Source of the DNA: an uncultured delta proteobacterium
GTDB taxonomy: Bacteria; Desulfobacterota; Desulfobacteria; Desulfobacterales; Desulfatirhabdiaceae
Length of the DNA stretch: 64,000 bases
Assembly (NCBI GenBank): GCA_963789395.1
Contig: CAWBKP010000013.1
Span: forward strand, 64,001-128,000
Direction of reading: 5' to 3'
Shown here: positions 20,891 to 31,261 of the stretch, in pieces
Numbering within the stretch: the stretch's first letter is position 1
Layout of the letters: each line of letters starts with the position of its first letter
The notes under the pieces: model-generated
The model's database searches: none
Told to the model about the DNA's origin: nothing
The model's input: the letters and a program-made list of their open reading frames with translations, nothing else
Made by a program: the position numbers and the translations under genes

Positions 20891-21896
20891 TGATGAAACT
20901 TAAAAAAGAATATATTTTTATTGCCCTTGCCATTGTTTTGCTTGTCGGCTACCTGTCGGTCCGGAAAACCGACCGGACCGAATACCGGCTCCCGGCCATT
21001 GCCAAAGTTGCCGGCATCCGACATCACCCGGATCGAGATTGCCCGCCAGGAAGGAACGGTTGTTCTGGAGAAAAAGGATGCAAAATGGCGGATTCAGCCC
21101 CAGGACTATCCGGCCGATTCCGGCAAGGTGACCGCCATGCTGGACAATCTGGAAAAGCTGTCCCTGACCGCACTGGTATCCGAATCCAAATCTTATTCCC
21201 GTTACGATCTGGAGCCCGATAAAGCCATCCGCGTCAAGGCCTGGGCCGGAGAGGAACTCAAGCGCGACATTCAGATCGGAAAGCCCGCGCCCACGTTTCA
21301 GCATACGTTTGTCCGGGTCGGGGATGCACCGGAGGTGTATCATGCCCAGCAGAACCTGAAAACCGCCTTTGACCAGACCGCGGACAAGCTGCGGGACAAA
21401 ACCGTTCTGGCATTCAACCTGGATGAGGTAACGGAAATCGCTATTACAAAGGAAGGCAAACAGACGATGATCCGAAAAAGCGAAACGGCCTCGCCGCCCG
21501 CGCGCCTGCTCCCGCGCGAGAGGGGAATCACCGCCTGCCGATGCGGCGGCAGCAAGCCCGTCCGAAGTCCAGTGGCTGACGGATCAGGGAAAACCCGCCG
21601 ACCTGTCCAAAATAAACCGGCTGCTTTCCATGCTTTCCCATCTGTCCTGCGAATCCTATCCTGGACGGGAAAACCATAACCGATCTTTCCGATCCGATCA
21701 TCAGCATCGCAATCAAGGGAAAAAAGACTCCACCCTGACCCTTTACGCCAAAACCGAACAGGATGCCAAGGAATATCCGGCATCATCCTCGGAAACCGCT
21801 TCCGTGTTTACCCTGCCGGACCGTCAAGCCGAGCTGCTTCTCGCGGATCCGCAGGCCCTGATCACCAATGCGGAAGCCCCGGAGAATAAAAGCTGA
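20890..21896 (+). CDS. DUF4340-like protein (frameshifted)
   Basis: N-terminal TM, W..QPQDYPADSGKV, IQIGKPAP...TFVRV, LRDKTVL; typical fourth gene of GldA/F/G-like clusters. Confidence 0.8.
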
Positions 21897-21945
21897 GAAC
21901 GAGCAGGGTTAGCTTTTCCTTTCCCAGATACCGGAAAAGGAGAGG

Positions 21946-22717
21946 TTAACCCCTCTTGTTATTTCTTTCGCCGGAATTGCCGCCTCCTCCAAGGGAAAAA
22001 CACGCCAGAGCGCTCATGCCCGGCACGCGTCCGGGAAGGATGTAATAGTCAAAAATCATTGCCCAGGAAATCAACTTGTGGAGCCATTTGCCGATTCCCT
22101 GCGGGGCATGCAGCGTTGTCTCTCTTTTTTTCGCAAGATGCGCCGCCGCCCAACAGACGGGATATGCCAGGTGGAAAAAGTAACCGGCCCAAATGCAGTC
22201 CGCACCCAGTGCAATGGAAGTGCTTTTCAGCATTTCAAGGCTGTATCGTCTGCAATGCCCATAGCATTCATCGTAATTCGACCACAATTCCTGACAGGCG
22301 GGAACGGTAATGATCACATGCGACAGATTGGGAAACCCATCGGATCAGACGCTTCAGAAAAGCGGCGGGATCCGGAAACATGTTCAATGACATCAAGCAG
22401 CAGTATCGTGTCATAGCGCATCCTCTCAGCAAGCGGGAGATCCCAGGCGTCGATTCCCACGCGAACATGGTCCCGGACAGAAAGCACGGGCTGTGCCTTT
22501 GCCAGTTCGACGCCGGTACAATCAATCCCTTTGTCCCGCAAATATTTGACGACAATGCCCCGTCCGCACCCAACATCCAGTACGACGGCACCGGTCCCCG
22601 CGAATTTTTTGACGACATTTGTGATAAATCCTGTTTCGCGCCAGATTCCACCAGTGGTTCTCGATGCCGTCCGGATAGGCCATGGTCAAATTGATCATCG
22701 GAAAATTCGGTCGCCAT
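21946..22717 (-). CDS. Class I SAM-dependent methyltransferase (several frameshifts)
   Basis: Pieces ENHWWNLARN, VLDVGCGRG, LLDVIEHV, ITVPACQELWSNYDECYGHCRRY. Confidence 0.8.
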
Positions 22718-23370
22718 CTAATAAATCCACCCCAGAAATCCCAGGCAGACCGCATTGGCGACGATGGCAATCGCATAAAGGCTTGCCACGGCGATGATCT
22801 TGCTGCGGATCTGCTTCAGGTTGATGACCAGAATGATCGCCACGTAAAAGTGAAAATAGCCGAAGAAAAAAATCGGCCAGATACCCAGCGGCGACAGATT
22901 CCACCATGGATATTCCCAGACCAGCAGGCCGCCCATGTTCAGCAGGCATTCCACAAAAACGCAGAAAGCCGAGTATCCGATGGCCCAGAACCATTGATTC
23001 GGCATGCCGAGGATGGTTTCATGGCGGTCTTCCGAAAGGGTGTTGTAAAAAATGATGCCGGATATGGCGAACATGAACATGATCTCGATGTTCCATCCCA
23101 CCATGGTCCGCAGGGCGGTTTCCCCCGGCGCGGTCCAGCAGGCGGACCGTTCCGTCAGATAAAGTACCCAGCCGTTCCAGGTTTCGTTGATAAAATCCAT
23201 GCCGAAAAGGGTCAGGCCGGCAAAACAGCATCCCAGTTGCCGGTCTGGCGCGCTTTTTTCATCTCGGCGGTATAGATGTAAAAAACAATGGCCAGCAAGG
23301 GAATGACGTACCATTTCAGGGTCGTCAAATCCCTTAGACCTTCCAAAGCCTGCTGTGAAGCGGGTGTCAT
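22718..23370 (-). CDS. Hypothetical integral membrane protein (frameshifts near ~23225-23270)
   Basis: Starts MTPASQQALEGLRDLTTLKWYVIPLL after a GGAGG RBS; continues DFINETWNGW...VGWNIEIMFMF with several TMs. Confidence 0.75.
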
Positions 23371-23421
23371 GCGTTTGCCTCCTTCATCAGGGTTGAAACA
23401 GTGTAATCGGTTTCGGACGAT

Positions 23422-23848
23422 TTAATCCGTAAATCCTCTTTCCTGCATTACCGACGCTTTATAAAAAGCGCGCCATGCCCGTCTTCATTTGCCGCAACCC
23501 CAGTGTCCGGTAAAACCCCTCTTTTCCGGGAGATGCGTACAAAATGACATTACAGTGAGAGAGCCTGTCCAGAATGTGCTGGATGATGGTTGTTCCAACG
23601 CCTTTCTTCTGGAATTCGGGAACGACCGCGACATCGTAGACGGCTGCCTGATAAACGCCATCTGAAATCGCCCGGCCGAAACCGATCAATTGATCGCCTT
23701 GATAGACGAACACGGCGGTATGACTGTTTTCAAACGCCTTTCTGTGATAGTCCGGGTCGCCATAAGACATGCCGACGCGTTTGAGCGTTTCCGATATTAC
23801 TTTCCAGTCTACTCCGGAACAATCAAACTTAATTTCTGTTTCCACCAA
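23422..23848 (-). CDS. GNAT N-acetyltransferase
   Basis: LIGFGRAISDG, YDVAVVPEFQKKGVG, GFYRTLG. Likely frameshift in a T-run near 23460. Confidence 0.88.
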
Positions 23849-23988
23849 AAAACATTCTCCTTTTCAGGCAGTTCGAACCATATGCGTTTCACCTTGTCAG
23901 CCCATGGCAAGCCATTCATTGAAAATTAATGACGCATGGGTCGGTTCAACAGATCACACCGGTCCGCCGGAATTTCGAAAGCGGGAAG

Positions 23989-24348
23989 TTACACGAAAAA
24001 CTGGGTCTTCTGCGTCACCGTCGATTTAATGGTATTCAGGGTATCCTGAAGCGCCGAGATGACATTTTCCCGGATATCCCCAGCCACCACGATATACATC
24101 ACATCCTCTCCCACCTTAAGATCCATATCGCCATTGATGTGGACCAGGATTTCCACAATACCGGCCCGGTTTTTGTGCGCTTCCACAACCTGACGCAGTT
24201 TTTCCCGGTCAACGGCGATGCGAAGCCCGGATACCGGTTGTCCCTCCCGTGAGGTGGCGCGCACCACGCCATTATGGCAGAGGATCATCCCGACCTTGGG
24301 ATAATCCGGATGCTGTTTGATTCTGTCAATCAACTCGGTTAGGCTCAT
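23989..24348 (-). CDS. moaE: Molybdopterin synthase catalytic subunit-like protein
   Basis: GMILCHNGVVRATSR, LKVGEDVMYIVVAGDIRE; ATG overlaps the mobA stop. Confidence 0.8.
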   Translation of the reverse strand: MSLTELIDRIKQHPDYPKVGMILCHNGVVRATSREGQPVSGLRIAVDREKLRQVVEAHKNRAGIVEILVHINGDMDLKVGEDVMYIVVAGDIRENVISALQDTLNTIKSTVTQKTQFFV

Positions 24349-24960
24349 GACAACTCCTTTTCCAAAGACGCCACGCGCATCAGGTCTTCGGGGGTATTGA
24401 TATTGATGAACGAAACCAGATCGGGATCCGCTTTCCGCAATCTGGCTTCGGAAATTCGATTGATCCGGGATTTGTGAAATACCTGCTGGATCTTCAGCTT
24501 TTCCTGCCGGATATGCGTCGCGATGCTGTTCAGGCAGGATTTGGAATAGACCGCGCATAGCGGTTCTAAGCCCTTTGTCGGTTTCCGGCATGACCACATC
24601 CGCACCGGGCCTGGCCTGTGAAATCAGCAAGTGGACCAGTTCCTGTTTTAGAAACGGCGCATCGCAGGCACTGACAAAAGCATAGGGCCGGGAGGTGTAA
24701 AACAGCCCGGCGTGAATGCCGGTTAAAGAACTGCGGACCTGAAACAGGTCCGATACCATCAGCAGGTTCCAGTCCAGATACGCCTGAGGGGTATTGGTGA
24801 CCAGAATGATTTCGCTGAAAACTTCTGAATACACCGCATGGATATGATCCAGAATCCGCTTGCCATTGACCTCGATCATGGCCTTGTCTCTGCCGTTAAA
24901 CCGCGTGCTCATGCCGCCGGCAAGAATGACGCCCGAACACTTTTCACTGAATGGCTTCAT
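24345..24960 (-). CDS. mobA: Molybdenum cofactor guanylyltransferase (frameshift ~24565)
   Basis: ILAGGMSTRF..DKA, SLTGIHAGL, ACDAPF, EPLCAVY, FININTPED. Confidence 0.92.
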
Positions 24961-25222
24961 GAATGACTGCCTGCTGAAAGTAAAGGAATTATGACTGATT
25001 TCAGTTTATGAATGATTTCCCCAAAAAACGCAAATGGTTCTCTCGGGTATCACCGGACCCGATCGATATCCTCCTGCCACCTCATAACTGCAAAAAGAGT
25101 AACGCCGCATATTGCCATTCCGGCTTTCCTGTAATAAAAAGGAAAGAAAAGAATAAAAATTGCCGGAACTGGACCCAAAAGCCACAAAACCGGAGTGCGG
25201 GGACTATCAAGGAGGAATTTCA

Positions 25223-26001
25223 ATGAATTACGAAGAGATACTTTTTTCCGCGGAAGGACCTGTCGGATATCTGACATTGAACAATCCGTCAAAATTCAAC
25301 GCCCTGTCCAAAAAAATGATCGGCGAAATGATCCATTTGCTGACGGCCTTATCGAGTGGATGAATCAATCAAGGTCATCGTCATCCGGGCCGCCGGAAAA
25401 CATTTCTGCGCAGGACATGACCTGTCCGAGATGCGGGAACAGGGCATGAAGGAATACAAGTTTATTTTCGACCAGTGCACGCAGATGATGCAGCTGATTC
25501 ACGCGATTCCCCAGCCGGTCATTGCCCAGGTTCAGGGGGTCGCCACAGCTGCCGGATGTCAGCTGGTGGCCTGGTGCGATCTGGCGGTGGCAGAAGAAGG
25601 CGCCAGGTTTGCAACTCCCGGGCGTCAAGATCGGCCTGTTCTGCACCACCCCCATGGTGGCGATCTCCCGGGCCATCGGACGCAAGGCTGCCATGGAAAT
25701 GCTGCTGACCGGCCGGTTTTTTCCGGCATCCGAAGCCAAAGAATTGGGCCTGATCAACCGCGTCGTGCCGCTTGAAGATCTGCCCGGGGAAACCAAAAAA
25801 CTGGCCGTGCAGATCGCAGAAGCCAGCCGCTTTGTCCTGGGTATCGGCAAACAGGGCTTTTACGCCCAGATCGATCAGCCGGACGACGCTGCCATGAATT
25901 ACGCCAAACACACCATCACCATGAATCTGACAGCCGAAGACGCCCAGAACGGCATTGCAGCATTTATTGAAAAGAAAACGCCGGTGTGGAAAAACCGCTA
26001 A
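25223..26001 (+). CDS. Enoyl-CoA hydratase/isomerase (two frameshifts)
   Basis: LNNPSKFNALS, FCAGHDL, ATAAGCQLVA, GLFCTTP, EMLLTG. Confidence 0.88.
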
Positions 26002-26072
26002 GTGATCCGGTCAACTCACAATACGCTCTCGAATTGGAACTTGGTCTGTTAAGATAAAAGGAGATGAATCCG

Positions 26073-26250
26073 ATGGCTGATCACAACTGTAGAATTGTTC
26101 TTTCAGGGCAAAATACGACAACAATCCCAAATCGTTTTTGGGGCGGATATGGAGATGGCATGCCGGATGGTGTCCGGATGGAAGGCTATTGAAATCTCTT
26201 GCGGACCGAAAGAGATGAATAATTGAGAAGTACATCTGAAAAGATAATCG
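26073..26250 (+). CDS. Small Cys/Trp-rich hypothetical protein, broken by several 1-nt indels
   Basis: AAGGAG RBS, then MADHNC / NCSFRAKYDNNPKSFLGRIWRWHAGWCP / GWKA / LKSLAD pieced across frames. Confidence 0.5.
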
Positions 26251-26317
26251 AGAAAGTCCTCGATCTATTGATGACACATTCTCTGTCATTCACCCTGATT
26301 TTAGCTAAAGGAGGTTT

Positions 26318-26893
26318 GTGAAAGCATTCAATATCTATCTGACAGGCGTCGGCGGACAGGGAATCGGCCTTCTGAGCGAAATATTGCTTCGGGCAGCCGA
26401 CCATGCCGGTTTTCCGGTAAAAGGGGTGGATACGCACGGGCTTGCGCAGCGCGGCGGGATCGTGGTATCCCAGATCCGCATGGGAAGCGAGGTCCACTCT
26501 CCGTTGATCCGTCAGGGTAAAGCCGACCTGGTTGTGGCCCTGGAGCGGCACGAGGCATTCCGGGGAATCACCGCATATCTGAAAGACGGCGGCAACGCCA
26601 TCTATTACGATGCGGTCTGGCAGCCCCTGCCGGTTCGTCTGAATCAGGCATCCGAAGTGGATAACGACACCATTCTGACCCATTGCCGCCAAAGAAACAT
26701 TCAGGTAATCCGCGTGTTGAAACCCGGCCTTGCCGATGCCCGCATGCAGAACATGGCCGTTCTTGCCGGAATCCATCAGAATCGGTTGATTCCCGGCATC
26801 GTGCTGGACCACTACAAAACCGCCATGTCCGATCTCATGGAAGGCGCCATGCTGGAAAATAACATGGCATTAATGAATGAAATTCTCTCCTGA
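26318..26893 (+). CDS. 2-oxoacid:acceptor oxidoreductase gamma/IorB-like subunit
   Basis: GVGGQGI, HGLAQRGGIVVSQIR, SPLI, ADLVVALERHEA, NMAVL. Confidence 0.85.
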   Translation: MKAFNIYLTGVGGQGIGLLSEILLRAADHAGFPVKGVDTHGLAQRGGIVVSQIRMGSEVHSPLIRQGKADLVVALERHEAFRGITAYLKDGGNAIYYDAVWQPLPVRLNQASEVDNDTILTHCRQRNIQVIRVLKPGLADARMQNMAVLAGIHQNRLIPGIVLDHYKTAMSDLMEGAMLENNMALMNEILS

Positions 26894-26909
26894 AAAGGAA
26901 TTCGACATC

Positions 26910-27716
26910 ATGGCTGCACCCGATCCATTCAAGATTGAAAATGAAGGCCCCATCGCCTGGCTGATTCTCAACCGACCGGACAAACGAAACAGCATGGGGA
27001 TGGATTTTTTTTCGTCGCTTCAGACCCATTTTCTGGAGCTTGACCGGAATCCGGAAGTTCGGGTGGTGGTGATCCGCGCCGAAGGCAAAAGCTTTACCGC
27101 AGGGCTCGACCTGATGGAAGCAGGGGCTTTGATTGCCGACACGTCCGCCGCAGGCCGTGAAACGCTCAGGCAGACCATCGGCCGTCTGCAGGAAAGCATT
27201 TCATCCATTGAAAAATGCAGAAAGCCGGTTATCGCCGCCATCCACGGCCACTGCATCGGCGGCGGCATCGACTTGATCAGCGCCTGCGACATCCGCATCG
27301 CGGCAGCCGATACCACATTCAGCATCCGCGAGACCCGCATCGCCATTATTGCGGACCTGGGAACTCTTCAGCGCCTGCCGCACATTATCGGACAGGGCTG
27401 GTTCGGAGAGCTGGCCCTGACGGGCCGGGACTTTGCCGCGGAAGAAGCCCTGAAAATGGGATTGATCACCCGCATGTGCAACTCCCATCCGGAGCTGGTG
27501 GATGAGGCCCGCAGGCTGGCCCTGCAGATTGCCTCCCTTGCCCCGCTGACGGTTCAGGGCATAAAGGATGTGATGCTTTACAACCGGGATCACGGCGTGG
27601 ATTCGGGGCTGCGGTATGTGGCCCAGAAAAACGCCGCCTGTCTGCCTTCCGATGACCTGATCGAGGCGGTCACCGCATTCATGGAAAAGCGGCCCCCGGC
27701 TTTCAAGGGAAATTGA
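26910..27716 (+). CDS. Crotonase/enoyl-CoA hydratase family (dienoyl-CoA isomerase-like)
   Basis: LNRPDKRN, FTAGLDL, HGHCIGGGIDLISACDIR, ADLGTLQRLP. Confidence 0.9.
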   Translation: MAAPDPFKIENEGPIAWLILNRPDKRNSMGMDFFSSLQTHFLELDRNPEVRVVVIRAEGKSFTAGLDLMEAGALIADTSAAGRETLRQTIGRLQESISSIEKCRKPVIAAIHGHCIGGGIDLISACDIRIAAADTTFSIRETRIAIIADLGTLQRLPHIIGQGWFGELALTGRDFAAEEALKMGLITRMCNSHPELVDEARRLALQIASLAPLTVQGIKDVMLYNRDHGVDSGLRYVAQKNAACLPSDDLIEAVTAFMEKRPPAFKGN

Positions 27717-27755
27717 CGGCCGGCCGGAGATTTTCAAACGACTTTTGGAGGACTT

Positions 27756-28904
27756 ATGCTGGAAAAAGGGGCACTGACCGGAATCACCGTACTGGATCTG
27801 TCAAGACTTCTGCCCGGACCCTTTGGTTCGATGATTCTGGCAGATCACGGCGCGCGGGTGATTTCCATCGAAGACAAGCGCTTTATCGCGGATGGCTTTT
27901 TTATTACCACCGTCAACCGGAACAAGGAACACATTTCCCTGGATTTAAAGACCGCCGAGGGAAAGGAAATTTTCTTCCGCCTGGTCAAAACAGCCGATGT
28001 CGTGATGGAGGGATTCCGGCCGGGAGTCGTTCAGCGCCTGGGGGTGGATTATGATACGGTCTGCAGGGTCAATCCGGGCATCATTTACTGTTCCATTACC
28101 GGCTATGGCCAGACAGGCCCCTGCGTAAACCGGGTCGGCCACGATGTCAATTATCTGAGCAATGCGGGAATCCTCGATCTGATCGGCCAGGCTGATGCCT
28201 CTCCGGCCATCCCCGGCGTTCAGATCGCAGACATCGCCGGCGGCGGCATGAACGCGGTTATCGGCATTCTTCTGGCTCTTTTTGCCAGAAATCAATCCGG
28301 CAAGGGCCAGTATATTGATATTTCCATGACGGACGGCATGCTGGGGTTTTTATCCATCCCGCTTTTTTTTCATCAGATGACCAGCAAGATTCCCACCCGA
28401 TCGGATGCCATACTGTCTCACCGGTATGCCTGTTACAATACCTACGAAACAGCGGATGGCCGATTCCTCTCCATCGGCGCCGTTGAACACCGCTTCTGGA
28501 AAAAGCTCTGCGAGCACCTGGAATTGCCGGAATATATCGATCTGCAGTATGATGACAGCGTGCGGATGGAAATCATCGACACCCTGCGCGCTGTTTTCCG
28601 CCGGAAAACACTTGACCAGTGGAACAGCGATCTCGGAGACCTGGAAATTTGCTGGGGCAAGGTTCAAAATCTTGAAGATGTATTGAAAGACCCTCTGTTC
28701 AGGGAAAGGGAAATGGTCATTGACCTTGAAGGAAAAGACGGCAAATCAACGCCGGTATTTGGCGTTTCCGTCAAACTGAGCCGGACACCCGGCACGGTGC
28801 GCACCCCGGCCGTCGGATTCGGAGAAAGCACGGTTTCCATTTTGCGGGAAATCGGGTATGCTGAGAATGATATTGCCGCGTTTCAGAAAAACGGCATTGT
28901 ATAA
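27756..28904 (+). CDS. CaiB/BaiF family III CoA-transferase (AMACR-like)
   Basis: DLSRLLPGP, NRNK, EGFRPGV, SITGYGQTGP, GHDVNY, ADIAGG. Confidence 0.92.
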   Translation: MLEKGALTGITVLDLSRLLPGPFGSMILADHGARVISIEDKRFIADGFFITTVNRNKEHISLDLKTAEGKEIFFRLVKTADVVMEGFRPGVVQRLGVDYDTVCRVNPGIIYCSITGYGQTGPCVNRVGHDVNYLSNAGILDLIGQADASPAIPGVQIADIAGGGMNAVIGILLALFARNQSGKGQYIDISMTDGMLGFLSIPLFFHQMTSKIPTRSDAILSHRYACYNTYETADGRFLSIGAVEHRFWKKLCEHLELPEYIDLQYDDSVRMEIIDTLRAVFRRKTLDQWNSDLGDLEICWGKVQNLEDVLKDPLFREREMVIDLEGKDGKSTPVFGVSVKLSRTPGTVRTPAVGFGESTVSILREIGYAENDIAAFQKNGIV

Positions 28905-28922
28905 AATCCGGAGGCTTTTGAT

Positions 28923-29456
28923 ATGACCGTCGAAATGCAACTGCGAAACAGGCTGGAAGCCCGGCAGGGAGATATTACCCGGCTGAAGGTAGACGCCATC
29001 GTCAATGCCGCCAACACGTCGCTTCTCGGCGGCGGCGGGGTTGACGGCGCCATTCACCGTGCAGCCGGAAAAGAGCTTCTGGCCGAATGCCGGTCAATCG
29101 GCGGATGTCCGGTCGGCGAAGCCCGGATTACCCGGGGATACCTTCTGCCGGCCCGCTACGTCATTCACACGGTCGGTCCGGTTTACACGGGTACGGCTCA
29201 GGATGCGGTTCTGCTTTCCCGATGCTATAAAAACAGCCTGAAGCTGGCCGCGCAACACCACCTTGCAAGCATCGCTTTTCCGGCCATCAGCTGCGGCGCT
29301 TACGGGTATCCGATTGAAAAAGCCAGCAAGATTGCAGTGGATACCTGCCGCAAGGCCCTGGATGTCTGGCCGGTCATTCAACAAATCAGTTTCGTCCTGT
29401 TTTCCGACGCGGACCATGCCGTCTACCAACGCGCCCTGGCAGGCGGTATCGTATAA
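28923..29456 (+). CDS. Macrodomain O-acetyl-ADP-ribose deacetylase (YmdB-like)
   Basis: [44 protein letters not shown]. Confidence 0.93.
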   Translation: MTVEMQLRNRLEARQGDITRLKVDAIVNAANTSLLGGGGVDGAIHRAAGKELLAECRSIGGCPVGEARITRGYLLPARYVIHTVGPVYTGTAQDAVLLSRCYKNSLKLAAQHHLASIAFPAISCGAYGYPIEKASKIAVDTCRKALDVWPVIQQISFVLFSDADHAVYQRALAGGIV

Positions 29457-29467
29457 GGGAAGTCTTC

Positions 29468-30025
29468 ATGGAACTGGGCATTCTGCAGACAGGGATATTG
29501 ATTTTTTTGGCCAGGGTGTGTGATGTTTCGCTGGGAACCGTTCGAACCATCATCACGGTTCAGGGAAGATCCGTGCTGGCGTTTTTTCTGGGGCTGTTTG
29601 AAGTGCTCATCTGGATCACCATTGTCAGTACCGTTGTCCTGCAAATCAAGGAATCCCCGGTTCTGGCGCTTTTTTATGCATTCGGGTATGCCACCGGAAA
29701 CGTGGTGGGAATCCTGGTAGAGCGCAAGCTGGCCTTCGGGCTTATGGTGCTGCGGATTATTACCACCGACACCGATCAGAAACTGGCGGAACGGCTGAGA
29801 AGCAAAGGACTGGCTGTAACCGTTTTTCCCGGCCAAGGGAGGGACGGAACCGTTGCCTTGCTTTATACGGCGGTCCGCCGCAAGGATCTGCCCTGGATTC
29901 TGTCCCTTGTCAAGGAAGAAGACCCCGGGGCCTTTTATATCACCGAACAGGCCAGAGATGTCAGCAAATCCCTCAAGCCCATTTCCACTACCTGCGATGC
30001 CGCCTGGATGCCATTGAGAAAGTGA
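29468..30025 (+). CDS. DUF2179/DUF5698 family membrane protein
   Basis: IFLARVCDVSLGTVRTI, LGLFEVLIW, YAFGYATGNVVG, DPGAF. Confidence 0.85.
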   Translation: MELGILQTGILIFLARVCDVSLGTVRTIITVQGRSVLAFFLGLFEVLIWITIVSTVVLQIKESPVLALFYAFGYATGNVVGILVERKLAFGLMVLRIITTDTDQKLAERLRSKGLAVTVFPGQGRDGTVALLYTAVRRKDLPWILSLVKEEDPGAFYITEQARDVSKSLKPISTTCDAAWMPLRK

Positions 30026-30031
30026 ACCCGA

Positions 30032-31261
30032 ATGAAAATCGCATATTTTGACTGTTTTGCCGGCGCCAGCGGCGACATGATTCTGGGGGCGATGGTGGAT
30101 GCCGGACTCGATCCGGATCTGCTGAACCGCGAACTGGCCAAACTTCATCTGGATCACTGGTCTCTCAGTTTCAAGCCGGCGCTCAAAAGAGGTATCGGCG
30201 GCTGCCAGGCAGTCGTTGATATCGATACCCATGCGCATCATTCGCACAGAGGCCTTCACGATATCCGCACCCTGATCGAGGCCAGCAGGCTTTCCGCGGA
30301 CATCCGGGATAAAAGTATGGCGATCTTCACCCGGCTGGCCGGGGCTGAGGCCAGGGTTCACCGGACTACGGTCGAAGCGGTGCATTTTCATGAAGTCGGG
30401 GCCATCGATGCCATCATCGATGTGGTTGGAGCCGTTTCAGGGCTGTCGCTTCTGGGAATTGAAGCCGTCTATTGCTCCGCCCTTCATCTGGGTTCTGGGA
30501 CCGTTACCTGCGCCCATGGCGTGTTGCCGGTACCGGCGCCGGCAACACTTGAGCTCGTCAAGGAAATCCCGGTCTACGCAACGGCCATTCAAGGAGAACT
30601 GCTGACCCCGACCGGAGCCGCCATCCTGACCACGCTGGCCAAGGGATTCGGCCCCCTGCCGGCGCTGACGGTTGAAACATCCGGTTACGGCGCCGGCATG
30701 TCGAATCCGGAAATCCCCAATCTGCTTCGGGTGCTCATCGGCAACGCCGCTTTGGATATGCATGACTGCGAGATGGATCAGGTCGCTGTCCTTGAAACCA
30801 CTATCGATGACATGAACCCGCAGATATATGATTATGTGATGCAGCAGGCTTTCAGCCTGGGAGCCCTGGATATCTTTCTAAATCCCGTCCAGATGAAGAA
30901 AAACAGACCCGGCATTCTGCTGACCCTGATGTGCAGACCTGATGATCTTCAGCGATTTTCGCGCTTTCTGCTGCAAGAAACCACATCCATCGGACTGCGA
31001 TGGCGTTTTGAAAACCGGATCAAAGCCAGACGGGAAATCCGGGAAATATCGACTTCCCTGGGAACTGTCCGGGTGAAAACAGCATGGATTCAGGATGACA
31101 TCCTCCATCGGTCACCGGAATTCGAGGACTGCAAAAAAATTGCGTTAATGCGGAACATCCCGTTAAAAACAGTCATCGCTCAGGTTTGTCGAGAGATTTC
31201 CCCAAGCGATAAGATTGAACCCGGCAAGTCAGGCGGCACACATGAAACAGTTCTATTATAA
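30032..31261 (+). CDS. larC: Nickel pincer cofactor biosynthesis protein (Ni insertase)
   Basis: YFDCFAGASGDM, His-rich HAHHSH, VHFHEVGAIDAIID, HGVLPVPAPAT, ELLTPTGAA, MKKNRPG, ETTSIG, PEFED. Confidence 0.93.
   Translation: MKIAYFDCFAGASGDMILGAMVDAGLDPDLLNRELAKLHLDHWSLSFKPALKRGIGGCQAVVDIDTHAHHSHRGLHDIRTLIEASRLSADIRDKSMAIFTRLAGAEARVHRTTVEAVHFHEVGAIDAIIDVVGAVSGLSLLGIEAVYCSALHLGSGTVTCAHGVLPVPAPATLELVKEIPVYATAIQGELLTPTGAAILTTLAKGFGPLPALTVETSGYGAGMSNPEIPNLLRVLIGNAALDMHDCEMDQVAVLETTIDDMNPQIYDYVMQQAFSLGALDIFLNPVQMKKNRPGILLTLMCRPDDLQRFSRFLLQETTSIGLRWRFENRIKARREIREISTSLGTVRVKTAWIQDDILHRSPEFEDCKKIALMRNIPLKTVIAQVCREISPSDKIEPGKSGGTHETVLL

Noticed and set aside
23989..24960. Apparent MobA-MoaE fusion ORF (323 aa)
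   Set aside because: Created by a frameshift: the true MobA C-terminus is in ORF 24345..24605 and moaE has its own RBS and ATG.
28923..29456. Macrodomain as part of a GcvH-L/SirTM lipoyl ADP-ribosylation system
   Set aside because: It lies 22 kb from gcvH, no sirtuin or LplA is adjacent, and gcvH sits in a normal gcvP context.
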